Shown here: positions 1 to 12,688 of the stretch, piece after piece | Layout of the letters: every line of letters begins with the position of its first letter | Position numbering within the stretch: the stretch's first letter is position 1 | Source: Octopus bimaculoides | Lineage: Eukaryota | DNA: 64,000 bases | Assembly: GCF_001194135.2 (NCBI RefSeq) | Contig: NC_068982.1 | Span: 60,256,088-60,320,087, forward strand | Direction: 5' to 3' | Translations under genes and position numbers: made by a program | The notes under the pieces: generated by a model | Database searches by the model: none | What the model was told of the DNA's origin: nothing | The model's input: the letters and a program-made list of their open reading frames with translations, nothing else

Positions 1-279
1 CCAAAGATATTGAAATGTTATCAGAGAAATATTATATTAATCATGATGTTTCAGGTTAAAAACTCCTATTCAAAGCTTTTCAGAATGAGAGGGAAATAAA
101 TTACATGTTCATTTTGTTGATGTGCTGGATCCTTGTGCATTATTATGACATTACCAGGTATTTAAAGATGTAAAAAGTTGGGGCTATGTTCTGTGTTCTG
201 AGTGCTGTGGTGAGGTGATGTGTATGAGAGCTAAAGTATTATGTGCATCACACTATCCATTGGCATTCATTTCTTTTGA

Positions 280-890
280 GACAGTTTTTAATTGTCAGGT
301 TTTTCTTTATCAATCAGAATGGCTGCTTTTATCTGCAGTTTCCCAGTATTACTATTTGTAGCTTAAATGGTAAAAGTGATGTCCTTTTTCCCTTATTCAA
401 AGTGTTTTTGAAAGATGATGCCTGTGTGTAGAGATATTCTTTGATCCAGATATATAATGACTGAACCGTGTTAGTAATGTAACTTGTATTGCATACTGGA
501 TCTGACGTACATACATAAGAATATGTCCGTGCTGCAGATAGAGCAGTTGGTCAGTGTGAATACTCTTTTGTCGTCAATGAAGTCATTTTTTTGACAAACT
601 CTTTCATAGAGAAGGACCAGATTGAGGACCAGCTGTTTTGGTAGCTTTTCCCCACAAATGTTCTTGCAGATATCAGCAGTTATATTCCCTCTGAACTGTG
701 GTAGCTTCATTACAAAAATGTTGGAAAAAATCTTTCTGTTAGGCTTGGGGCTCTGAAGACAACTGGCAATAGTTGCTGGGTATCTGTTGATTTCCAGTAC
801 TTTTCAGAATTGTATGCTATTGAAGGCATGGTCAAATGTTCCACTGCAACAATACTGGATATGAGTGAACTCATTTTATTTATATACATA
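280..890 (-). mobile_element. Possible highly decayed LINE ORF2 remnant
   Basis: Non-simple sequence with short, broken minus-strand reading segments (e.g. ..GIIFQKHF..KRTSLLPFKLQIVILGNC..) reminiscent of post-RT LINE protein. No diagnostic motif is intact. Confidence 0.25.
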
Positions 891-924
891 GCCCCATCAG
901 TGATATATATATATATACATACAT

Positions 925-1590
925 ACAGGATGTGAGTGGTATTTGAGGACATTTCGTTTTTCATTCATTACACCTTCAAATTATCTAATGTATCATTTAT
1001 CTCAGACAACCCCTTCAAGGTATCATGCTAACACAAGAAACGTAAAGACATGCAGTGATAGTTGCTACAACACTCAGACACTAAAAGGACACAGAATTTA
1101 TGCATGTTCAAAACATTATTGATAAAGACCCCAGAAGATCAATGAGGTCCATTGCTAAAGAACTTCGGATGTCAGAGTGGACTATCAGAACTGTGGTACA
1201 TCGTGACATTCGATACAAGTTCCATGTAATGAGGAAAGGCCAATTTGTGTCTGTAAAGACACAGGAAAAACATCTCATCAGTTCAAAATGGTTACTTAGC
1301 AAAGTGAAAAATCCTCATGAACAAGGCATGCTTTGGTTTTTCTCTAACGAAAAAACTTTAACCAAGATCAAAAGTCTAACAGAAGAAATGACAGGTGGTT
1401 ATGGACAGATCCTTCTGAAGTACCCAGAGTGATGCACACGAAATTTCCAGCAACTGTGATAGTTTTAGCGGTGGTGAGTGGTGAAGGTCATGTGATGCCA
1501 CCCCACTTTTTCCCACAGGGTCTTAGAATTAATGCTGCTGGATACACTGAGGTACTGGAAACTGTTATCAAGCCCTGGATTGATGAAGTA
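925..1590 (+). mobile_element. Tc1/mariner transposase remnant (frameshifted, 3'-truncated)
   Basis: 1100-1432 reads DPRRSMRSIAKEL.. (HTH region) and LWFFSNEK (first catalytic-D motif FSDEK, decayed). After a frameshift it continues VMHTKFPATVIVLAVVSGEGHVMPPHFFPQGLRINAAGYTEVLETVIKPWID. A TA-CAGGATG candidate terminus lies at ~923. Confidence 0.85.
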
Positions 1591-2639
1591 TATTTAGATG
1601 GATAGGTGGTATTCCATCTTATGTGACTCCGCTCAGAAGGCTGTAATCTGATTTGGTAGGAACCCAGCAAAGAAATACATGGAACAAAGGTGATAACTTT
1701 AAATACGTTTATTGTGGTCACATATATATATGTAGAAGCTGAATGAAAGTGGTTAATGGACAATTATTCATATAACTAAATGCATCTGCATGGGTTTATG
1801 TTAGCTGTTAGCCCTGATGAAAAGCTCACGAACAGTGATATATTAGAACCAGTATAGTGTGTTGGTGCTGTGTAGATGTTGTTGACAACGTTGGTGGGAG
1901 ACATGATGATGGCGATGAAGATGGAGGTCACTGCAATGTGGTCAGTGGTTGGACCTTAGAAGGTCGAGAACCAACACACGTTAAGACTAGAATGAAATGA
2001 ACTTTTATAGCTGACAGTAGGCTCAAATGCTGTTTGGAAAAGACTGTCTCACATGACTTATTTGAAGGCTGCGATTGGTTGGGTTGCATATTGGTGCGCG
2101 ATAGAGTAAGAGACAAATACCAACCAATCGGAGTGGTCCAAAACAGAGCCCAAAGGTTAGCTTTTACCTGCTACATTCATATGTCTGTTTTTATAATAGA
2201 GAGAGGAAGTTTACTAGAGTTTGTTACAGATGGCCCCCCGCACCCAAGTCATTTTGTGGAAAACAAAATAGATGATAAAAGGAAGATATTTCTGTAGCAA
2301 AGATGGGAAAAAGGTCATGTAACCAGCAAAACTTAATGTCCAAATGCTAAGTGGAAATCACAGGAATGCAAAAAAATCGTGGAGATTCTTGTAAAGAAGC
2401 AATAAATTAAAGAGTGCTACTCTTAGATGACATCTTTTGAGCGGTTATCTCCCTTTGGTTTAACTTTTGGGCAAGCTGTCATGTTGTATCTCATTTTATA
2501 TTCTAGGTAAATGTGATGTTCATATGCATGTGTGCTGAAGTAGTTCATCATGGGAGAATATTTCTTCAGTGTGTGGAGTTCATGTTTTATGTATATTCAA
2601 ATTTCATGTTCAGAAAAGGGGATATCCTTGTGGGATTAG

Positions 2640-3038
2640 TGGTGCAGGTGGTGGTTCCTCTTTGAAGTGTTTAAGTGAGAAATATTGTTTGTGTATGCAG
2701 GGAGAGAAGATTTCATCCCTAATATTTAGAATATTATCTGTTGACTGAATGATATTTAGCTTTCAGTGATACAGAGTTGACATTTGGTACCCTGTCCTCT
2801 GTATTTTTTGGCTTTCGAAATGATGTTCCATTTTATCTGAGTATTACTTATTCTACTTTCTTTCAATGTCCATATCATATTGGGTAGGGATGTTGCATGA
2901 CACCAGATGTTGTGTGTACCTTTCTTTGAATGAGTTACCCATCATTCTGATATACATCTTGCTGATGACGGAGATATGTTGGATTGTTGGTATGGCTGTT
3001 TTTGTATATGTGGAATAGTGTTATAACACATCCTTTTG
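2640..3038 (-). mobile_element. Penelope-like element, GIY-YIG endonuclease remnant
   Basis: Minus strand reads MYIRMMGNSFKERYTQHL..IWTLKE..IKWNIISKAKKY..KCQLCITE..LNIRDEIFSPCIHK, the GIY-YIG and C-terminal Cys pattern of PLE proteins. 1800-2640 is probably its 3' non-coding/pLTR region. Confidence 0.8.
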
Positions 3039-3062
3039 ATATATATATATATATATATATAT

Positions 3063-3492
3063 AGTCAACAGACTGCAGCCAATGCTTGGGCACTGCCTTG
3101 AAGAATTCTAGTTGGATGAATTGACCCGAGTCCTTAGTTTTATTTTTAGCCTAGTACTTATTCTATCAGTCTCTTTGCTGAACCACTAAGTTATGAGGAT
3201 GTAAATACACCAACACCAGTTGTCAAGCAGTGGGGGTGAACAATCAACTCAGACACAAAGACACAGACATAGACATACATAAATATATGTGAATGTGTGT
3301 GTGAATATATATATATATATATATATATACATAAAACGAGTTTCTTTCAGTTTCCATCAACCAAATCTACTCCCAAAGCTTTGGTTGCTCCAAGGCTATT
3401 GTAGAAGACATTTGCCCAGAGTGCCACACAGTAGGACCAAACCTGGAACCAAGTGATTGGGAAGCAAACTTCTTACCACACAGCCATGCCTG
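3063..3492 (-). mobile_element. SINE family A (tRNA-like head + central microsatellite + 3' module)
   Basis: Reverse complement of the family seen cleanly at 27791-28185 and 63474-63870, with central (TA)n/(CA)n. Confidence 0.85.
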
Positions 3493-4423
3493 TACTGAAT
3501 ATGTTATATACTTCCACATATATGCTGCCCTGCAAAGATAATGTTGTAAGTAATTTGTAATTTGATCAGAAATGGGATATCAGGAAGCAATTAAAGGGAA
3601 GAAAGACAAGGACAAGAAAGACATCAAAAATAGTATTAAAGAAGAGACAATTTCAATTTGTTTCTTGATATAATATTCATACAGATCTTCAAAAAGAATT
3701 TAATTAATTCTGAGCAATTAGAGTGATCTGCCAACTGGGATCAAACTTGTTTCATTAAATATAAAATCTATAACCTAACTGTCTAGGCCACATGTTCACA
3801 TCACTATGACACAACAGACAAACCAATAAGAAGCAATTCAGAATCATGTAATTATTTCTACCAAATAGCATACGTTCAATATTCATAAGTACCATCATAT
3901 ACTGTACTTATCAGTTTAAGCTGACAAATGTAACAAATGATTATTCATAGTAATGTGTGTGTTTGTGTGCTTGTATGTATGCACATATATTTATATATAT
4001 ATATTTGTATATATATATGCATACACATCACCCTCTTTTTCCCTCTCTTTTTCTTTCCCCTTCACATATATAAATACATATATANNNNNNNNNNNNNNNN
4101 NNNNNNNNNNNNNNNNNNNNNNNNNNNNNNNNNNNNNNNNNNNNNNNNNNNNNNNNNNNNNNNNNNNNNNNNNNNNNNNNNNNNNNNNNNNNNNNNNNNN
4201 NNNNNNNNNNNNNNNNNNNNNNNNNNNNNNNNNNNNNNNNNNNNNNNNNNNNNNNNNNNNNNNNNNNNNNNNNNTATATATCATATTGAAGATGATAAGA
4301 AATATCCTAAGCAAAGAACTATTTTGATTTCAATAATTGATAATAAATTTATGGCTTTTTGTATTTCATGCCATTTCTCATCAAAGTTTTCAAATAATAA
4401 CATGTATTTTTATCAGTTATTTG

Positions 4424-4427
4424 TTGT

Positions 4428-4468
<41 letters not shown>

Positions 4469-4800
4469 TTGCTACTGCTGTTATTGTTGTTGTTTTTGTT
4501 GTTGTTCTTGTTGTTGTTGGTGGTGGTGTTGGTGGTGGTGACGATGACGAGGATGACGAGGAGGAGGAGGAGGTCCACAAAAACGATGATGATGATGACG
4601 GTGATGAGGATGAGGATGATGGTGATGTTGATGATGCCAATGCTGACGATGATGATGATGATGACAATGTTGAAGGTGGAGGTTATTGTTGATAGTAGTA
4701 ATAGCGGTGTTGTTGAATCTGATGATTATAACGATAGCATTGATATTCAAGTTAATGGTAATAGTAACGATGATGCTGTTGATATTGTTGATTACAACAA
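4424..4800. repeat. Compound trinucleotide tract (GTT/GCT/GGT/GAT/GAG)n
   Basis: Visible directly. It explains the poly-A/V/D/L/S/H ORFs in the track. Confidence 0.9.
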
Positions 4801-5269
4801 TTATAATAAATAAATAAATGAAAATCTGTTCATTAATCAATCTTAGTTGATTAATCTGTACACGAACCAACATAGTCTCATTTTAATTTTTAATTTATAC
4901 TAAGCATTTATATTAGATTCTTATTCACTCCTTACTCGCCTAGATATACTTAGTAACTGATTGGCTGCAGTTTAAAGACGAGGAATTTGAATCAGGGAAC
5001 AGACTGTATACTGCACAAGTTTAGCAAGACACATGGCTATGATGTAACATGATATCAAAGAATAGGCATTACCATTTATGGAGCTAATGTTGGACTTCTA
5101 CATGGTTGTTCAACTGGCACAAAATACCAAATTTATGTACGCCTCAAGTTCCAACCTAACATCTGAAAACAAAATGGAATGAAAAATTGGACAGTGTAAT
5201 CCTAGAATCACTGTTTCTGGTCATAAACAGAATGTCTTTTAATCATACTTACAAATTAAGCCATTCACT

Positions 5270-5690
5270 CTCTATAGAACACAGGCCATCGACAACTTTT
5301 CTCCATCATTCTTAACTCTGAAATGTCTTTTCTGCTTCTCTCCAATTGGATCCCTGCTCTTTCAACCATTTTCCAAACTCTCTTGTGGGTTCCATCTCTG
5401 CTTTCACTTCAGGCATATATTTCCAGGAGGTAAAGCCTTTCTCTCTCAGGCCTCATCAATTTTCAATTGTTGTCAATGCTTCTGTAACTTCGTTTTTCTT
5501 TTCTAGGTAGCAGTGTTGGCCTTATAAAAATGCATTTCTACCTCTGGAAAGAGATGGTCTGTATCAGTCAAGCCTCTATACTTCCATCTGTCTCGCATGA
5601 GAGGCTCTACCAGGGACTTGCACTCCACTGCCAGAGCTCTCAGAGTCATTGAGACACACAAGCCAACAAGATCAGATGAACCACACTGTC
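5270..5690 (-). mobile_element. Decayed RTE-type LINE 3' end
   Basis: Resembles, from memory, RTE/Bov-B-type 3' sequence (..ccatctgtctcgcatgagaggctctaccaggg..gctctcagagtcattgagacacacaagcc). Not verified by alignment. Confidence 0.4.
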
Positions 5691-5959
5691 AAAAGTCAGT
5701 TCTTTCTCAGAGTAAACATCCTCCTAAATCAGTCAGAGAACTACATCCCACTCCTACATTCTATTTCTGGCATCATTTCTACAGCTGGATACTCTACCTA
5801 ACACCAAGTATTAAGAAAAAGTATCCTTTCTTAGACCAATTGATGTATTTTATCATAGCCTTAATATTTGTCCCTTAACCCCTTAGGGGTTGTTGGGGCA
5901 TTACAGCCATGCATTGTATCTAGGGCGAGAAAGCCTGGTGGAGCCCATCCCTCTCCAGG

Positions 5960-6225
5960 CTAAATTCATTTCTACAGATGTGTGGAGTGGAGTAACATGA
6001 AATGGAATGTCTGGAACAAGAACACAGCAGATTGACCAGTTCAGGGATGGAAACCACAATCTTACGGTTGTGAATCCAGGAACCTAACCACTAAGCAATG
6101 CAGCTCCACTAGTGGTACTTATTTCTACAGCTGAGTGGATAGGACCAACGTAAAGTGAAATGTTTTGTCCAAGAACACAAAGCATCACCTGGTCCAGGAA
6201 TTCGAAACCACAATCTTACTATAAA
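5960..6225 (-). mobile_element. Two tandem partial SINE family B copies
   Basis: Two successive segments (..ctaaccactaagc.., ..gaaaccacaatcttac..) are reverse complements of the head/body at 48016-48150 and 59178-59330. Confidence 0.7.
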
Positions 6226-6534
6226 AGTCCTGTCTAATTAACATAACCTTCATTCTTTGCAAGTCAAGTGTGACGACGAACATGAATTAAAGGGAAGCTA
6301 TGATCAAGAATGTGGATAAGGGAAGGTACAGTTATAAGTATGATGGAGGCACAAAGTCGTAGGATGATAGCAAAGGGATGTTGTTAGTGTCTAGGAAAAG
6401 GAAAGAATTTGGCAGTATTTTGTTAGGAGTTGAATATATTGATTTCTGACCACAGATGCTTGCTACAAATTTTGGGGGAAGAATATAGTGAACTACACTG
6501 AATCTAGTACTTGGCTGGTACCCATTTCATTGAC

Positions 6535-6865
6535 CATCATCATCATCATCATCGTCGTTTAACGTCCGCTTTCCATGCTAGCATGGGTTGGACGATTTGA
6601 CTGAGGACTGGTGGACCAGGAGGCAACACCAGGCTCCAATCTGATTTGGCAGAGTTTCTACAGCTGGATGCCCTTCCTAACGCCAACCACTCAGAGAGTG
6701 TAGTGGGTGCTTTTACGTGCCACCGGCACGAAGGCCAGTCAGGTGGGTACTGGCAACAGCCACGCTCGAAATGGTGTGTTTTACGTGCCACCTGCACAGG
6801 AGCCAGTCTATCGGCACTGGCAACAATTTCGCTCGAATGTCTTTTCACGTGCCAGGAAAGCAACG
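6535..6865 (-). mobile_element. RTE-clade LINE 3' UTR with (GAT)n tail
   Basis: Reverse complement of the sequence that follows RTE ORF2 at 55907-56176. It begins with (CAT)n. Confidence 0.9.
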
Positions 6866-7539
6866 TTGGTAACGATCAACGGCCCAGGAAAGATAAATAG
6901 TAAAAATCTGTCCTGGTAGAATTTGAACTCAGAATGCAAATCAATCTAAGTGCTACTGTACTGGTCATGTCAGTCTCATAGTCTTGAAGTTGATTATTAT
7001 ATTGGCTAGCAATTATGTAGACAGTATGAGTAGCGAGAATTTTTATATAACAAAAAACAGAGGCAAGTTCACATGAAATCAGTTTAAATATACCAAAATG
7101 GAAAGGGTTTATAAAAAAAAAAAACATTAACTAATAAACAAATGGAATAATTGTTCTTCCCACCCATTTAAAAGATAGTAAAATGGCATCTCTAAATGAT
7201 GGGAAAATCTTATATCAGACACCTAAAGCAGAAACGGCAGAATATATTTCAAGATGATTTTCTCCTACTTCTCAAATGAACTCTAACAAAATTAGATTAA
7301 TATTTAGATTAAGCCTCCAGCTAGAATGGAACCTACTTTTCTTCCTGACTACTTTTGAACCATAGAAACTAAGCAATACCTATTTCATCATCATCATCAT
7401 CATTTTCGTCATCGTCGTCGTCATCAGTGCCAACATCATCGTTATCATCATTATCATCATCATCATCAGTAGCTGCAGCATCAACATCATCACTATCATC
7501 CCCGTTATTTTCACTGTTGTCATCATTCATTTAGCCTTG

Positions 7540-7579
<40 letters not shown>

Positions 7580-7969
7580 ATGAAAACAACAACAGCAACA
7601 ATATCAAGATGAAGGCAACATCACTAACTACAGCAATTCTTCAAATGGAAAAGGTTATAGTTAAACAGATTGCTTTGATATTCATCCAAGATACCTTTAG
7701 GGAAATATTTAATTTAAAAGTGAGTAAAATTTAACTTCTGATGAACTTTGTATTATTTTCTCTCTTCTTTCTCTTTTCCTCTTTTCTTTCCCTGTCTCTC
7801 CATTATTGTTTAAATGAAGAAATTTTAGATAAAAATGAAAAAAATTATTGAATTATTATAAAACTGCACCCACGTTGTCAACTAATTGGCATCTCTAGTC
7901 TGTTGTGATACATGAATATGTATAGGAAAGATTTAAATAAAGTAGTAATTCAACCACCCTCCTTCACTT

Positions 7970-8016
<47 letters not shown>

Positions 8017-8612
8017 CACATGCAAATACACACATGGGAGTTGGTAGATGTGTGTACACTTGTACAATTGTAGATTTGACAGGTGATTGAAAACCACATA
8101 AATACAAAACAGAAACAAGGAACATTAATGGATAGTATTTACATAGCAGAACAGTAATCTAAAAAGCAATAAAGTGTTGGTTTGAATTTAGTAACAATAG
8201 TGAATAGTTTACTGTAGTATAGAAACTAGATATTTTAAATAGAAAGACTAAACTACCAGCTTAAACTAACATCCAAATTTTAACAATGAATTCACAAAAA
8301 CAAATGAAATTTTTCGAAACTCCTTTTTTTTATGCTTCTTAGTGACCTGTCTACAAGAAATTACACCAGTTTCTTGCATAGTATCACACACTTCCAAGTT
8401 TATTTAAACTTTGAAACATACACAACATATTTGAAGCCAAAGGTTTCAAAATTGTTGTGAGATAGAGAATTATATGAAATATAAAGAAACAAAAATGGAA
8501 TTTCAAATGCAATAATTTTTCCTTCAGTCTAATACTCCTAAGTTAGTATATAATACTGGTTGTTGAAATATTACTTATGAACTTAGCCTCATTATCCTGG
8601 GCTGACCTTAAG

Positions 8613-8830
8613 ACGACGAGCTGGCAGAAATGTTAGCACACCAGGCGAAATACTTAGCAGTATTTCGTCTGTCTTTACATTCTGAGTTCAAGTTCTGCTG
8701 AGATCGACTTTGCCTTTCATCCTTTTGGGGTCAATAAATTAGATCCCAGTTGTGTACTAGGGTTGATCTAATCGAGTGGCCCTCTCCCCAAAAATTTCGG
8801 GCCTTGTGCCTAGAGTAGAAAAGATTCTGA
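8613..8830 (+). mobile_element. SINE family C
   Basis: gagctggcagaaatgttagc..ttctgagttcaa..cgactttgcctttcatccttt.gggtc. The same core recurs at 12689, 29150, 36570(-), 44405, 49306 and 58240. Confidence 0.85.
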
Positions 8831-8919
8831 GCTGTCCTTCATTCTTGCTAAGTAGAAAATGTTTGTGGATTCATAGTGTGTGTGTGGTAGTGGTGAGGTG
8901 GTCACTTACTTTGGTATTT

Positions 8920-9150
8920 TTTTTTTCTTTTACTTGTTTAACCACTAGACTATGGCCATGCTGGGACACCAAGTTGAAGAACTTTTAGTCAATTGAAATG
9001 ACCTCAATACTTATTAGTTTCTTTAAGCTTGGTACTTATTTTATCAGTCTCTTTGCTGAACCACAAAGTTATGGGGACGTAAACGCATCATGCTAGTTAT
9101 CAAGTAGTGGTGGGGGGACAAACACTGACACAAAAACTCATACACATGCA

Positions 9151-9186
<36 letters not shown>

Positions 9187-9315
9187 ATAGGCTTCTACCA
9201 AATCCACTCACAAGATTTTGATTGACCCAAGACTATAGTAGAAGACACTTGCCCAAGGTGCCACAAAGTTGAATTGAACCCAAAACTATGTGATTGGGAA
9301 GTAAGCATCTTACTT
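8920..9315 (-). mobile_element. SINE family A
   Basis: Tail, (TG)n centre and head modules in reverse orientation. Confidence 0.8.
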
Positions 9316-9684
9316 CGGTTTTCTTCATAGGTACACTAATTAGGTCTGAACAAGGCTTAGATATTGGTGTCTAATTTTTTGGAGATTCTGTTGCATGTAG
9401 TAACAGTATAGAAGAAGAAAAGGAAAAGATATTATGAAGTATAATTAATTCAGAAAAAAGTTACAGAAATTAAGATTTAAAATGAGAACTTCACCCATCA
9501 CTTTTCATAACAACATACAGAATAGCACTTTTAAATAGCAAAAATAAAATAAAAATCTATAATCAAACATTTATTTTCCATAAATCTATATCTGTTTATC
9601 ACAGATTCATTCATTACTGATCTGTGATATCACAGTACACTGATTACGAACCATGTTACACATACCAAGAATTAATTTGTGAAA

Positions 9685-9846
9685 GGCACAGGCATCGCTG
9701 TGTGGTAAGAAGCTTACTTCTCAACCACATAGTTCCAAGTTCAGTCCTACTGTGCAGAGCCTTGGGCAAGTGTCTTCTACTATAGCCTCAGGCCAACCAA
9801 AGACTTGTGAGTGGATTTGGTTGACAGAAAATGAAAGAAGCCCATC

Positions 9847-9880
<34 letters not shown>
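9685..9880 (+). mobile_element. SINE family A, head only, ending in (TA)n
   Basis: ggcacaggcatcgctgtgtggtaagaagc..ccttgggcaagtgtcttctac..gaaagaagcccatcgtatata, with no 3' module. Confidence 0.85.
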
Positions 9881-9881
<1 letters not shown>

Positions 9882-10024
9882 AAATAAAGATGAATGTATC
9901 TCAATAATTTCCACCTGAGTTATTTTCCACTGTTAAGATGAAATGTAGAATTAGGAGTGTCCCTAGTTTTTACTCATGTACTATATTACCAAGAAGGCTA
10001 CATGGATATATTTTAAGATATTAT

Positions 10025-10242
10025 CTTTTACCTTTCTTTTTTATCTGTTTCAGGCATCAGACTGCGGCCATACTACGGCACTACCTTGAAGAACCTTTAG
10101 TTGAATGAATCAGCCCAGTTGATTAAAGAAAGAAAAAATAAGTACCGAGTACCTTTTTTTTTCTTTTTGCTTAAGCCTGGTACTTATATATATTCTCTTT
10201 TTGCTGAACTACAAAGTAAACCAGTTGTCAAGCAATGGTGGG

Positions 10243-10289
<47 letters not shown>

Positions 10290-10415
10290 CCAAATCTGCT
10301 CACAAGGCTTTGGTCAGCCTGAGGATATAGTAGAAGATACTTGCCCAAAGTGCCACACAGTGGGGTTGAACCCAAAACCATGTGGTTGGGAAGTACACAA
10401 TCACACTTGTGCCTA
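10025..10415 (-). mobile_element. SINE family A
   Basis: Full reverse copy with a (CA)n(TA)n centre. Its 5' end is involved in the duplication at 10396-10525. Confidence 0.85.
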
Positions 10416-11029
10416 CTAATGGATAGTATTTACATAGCAGAACAGTAATCTAAAAAGCAATAAAGTGTTGGTTTGAATTTAGTAACAATACTGAATAGTT
10501 TACTGCACAATCACACTCGTGCCTATTTGATAAATTTGTGCAAAAAGATTAACTTGGTTCCCCTAATATGAAATGTTATGTGAATTCTAAAGATAGAAAT
10601 TCTCTATCATATAACTTGTTTATCATGAGTACAAGTACTGCCAGTGTAGATGCAAAATTTAGCTAGACAACAATATGAAAAACAAATAAAATTTAAGCAA
10701 ACAAAAATTCAAAATGTTTTGGTTAATTACAGCTTCACATCATCAAATAATAGAAAATTAACTTAGGAAGATGTGGCATAAATCTCAGAATTAACATGGG
10801 TGAGATATGAGTACTTAATTTTGCATTGTAATATAAAATAAATTATTAAGAATGAGAAAAAGAGAATTGGTATAAATCACTTAGTGTCATAAAAATTCAA
10901 AATGGAAAAGGAGACTAAAATTTATCTTTTTAGATATTCTTATATCTTATGGGATATACCTTTTGATTGCATTCACATAATTGCATTTAATATGACAAAC
11001 AGTGTGTCTGCATTTATTTTTAACCTCCA

Positions 11030-11062
11030 TATAGACAATGTATGTGTACACATCATGCATGC

Positions 11063-11106
<44 letters not shown>

Positions 11107-11481
11107 GCATATGCACACATGTATATATATGTATACATGTGTGTTTACATATATATATATATGTATGTACATATGTATGTGTGTGTGCACATGTATGTAT
11201 TTACATGAGATATAATGTGTGTGGAATTGTTTATACAAACATGCACATATGCATACACACACATATATGTATGTGATATATGTATATGATATATGTATAT
11301 AATATACACACAACACACACATATAATGTACGCACAACACACACATATATGTATATAAATGTGTGTGTGCATATGTGAATGTGCAGGTCTACATGTATTT
11401 GCATGTGTGTGTGTGTGTGCGCTTGTGTGCCTGTGTGTGTGTGTGTGTGTGCCTGTGTGCCTCTGTGTGTGTGTGTGTGTG

Positions 11482-11520
<39 letters not shown>

Positions 11521-11535
11521 ATGTGTGCATATTGT
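11030..11535. repeat. Large compound (TA)/(CA)/(TG) microsatellite field
   Basis: Visible directly. It is the source of many HTHT/CVCV ORFs. Confidence 0.95.
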
Positions 11536-12688
11536 ATGGAAGAAAAATATTTTATTATTCATAAGAAATGGTAAAATAAGATTTGGCATATTTTGTAACT
11601 TGTGACAAACTTTATCAAGACTAATGGTCATAATATTGAAATACATGACAAGAATAAAGTATTCTTGAAAAGCCACATTTCAAACAATTAAAAAACTGCA
11701 ACAAATTTAATAAAAATCTTCGATAATTTTTCAAAATATTTTTATGTCTTTTTGTTAATTAAGAGCAAAAAAATAATTTCTTTCAACATATCAAAAAAAA
11801 ATAGATGAAATACAGTGGTAGCATTTACAATTTAATATAGATTTCAATTTTTTTCTTTTGTTTTTAAATTCTAACTTTGTCCATATTAACTTTTAACTAA
11901 TTATTAAGAATAGTTTGTTTTTTTAAATCGAAGAATTTATTGTAAATTTGAAACACTTCTACCTGACTACATGACCTGAATGTTTGAAGTTTTGTCTTGG
12001 TTCTTAGAGTGTGTTTGATTGCATAATGTCTGTAGAGGGGAGAAAGAAAGAGATTAAGAGTAAGAAAGGAAGAGAGAGAGAGAGAAAGAGGAGGCAATGA
12101 GAGTTGAAGAAGAGGGACTGAAGCAGAGACAGAAGTAGAGAGCAATTTAGAACAAAAAAAAAAAGAGAGATAAGCAGAAAGTGAGATAGAGATAGTGAGA
12201 GAAATAATCAGACTGAAAAAGATTAAGAAAGAGAGAGATAAAGTGATAAGAGAAATTAAGTTAAATGTGTATGCTGTTTTTCCTTTCTCTTTTTCTTTAA
12301 GTTTCTTTAACTTCATTTATCATTTTTCAACCACTCTCAGTAATTTCTCTTCTAGAACAACAGTTTTTATGCATGTAGTGATAGGTGGTACAGTGAATAA
12401 CATGCAAACTAACATTATGTTATTTGAGGTTAAGGCCTTCAAACTTCTATGACCATAAACTTCTGCTGCTGATAATGATAATGATCAATACTAATGATAT
12501 TAAAATAAAATAAATTACAGTATGGTAAGTTGATAAGGAATCAATCTACAAGCAAAATGGCTGATAGTTCATAGTCTATCACATGTACTATGCTGCCTCT
12601 ATGACAAAGAAACTCATCTTGCAATGATTTAGTCTGTCCAGTTGTTATTATGTATTAAGTAGAAGGGCAGCAGATTGGTAGAAACAAT

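Noticed and set aside
1803-1830. Hammerhead-like ctgttagccCTGATGAaaagctcaCGAACag near the Penelope remnant
   Set aside because: GAAA lacks an A, stems I and II cannot form properly, and it is antisense to the PLE ORF. At best it is an unrecognisable relic.
2535-2575. Minus-strand CTGAAGA..GAAC just 3' of the PLE endonuclease (possible hammerhead)
   Set aside because: The core is incomplete, and no stem I or stem III pairing with a UH site could be built.
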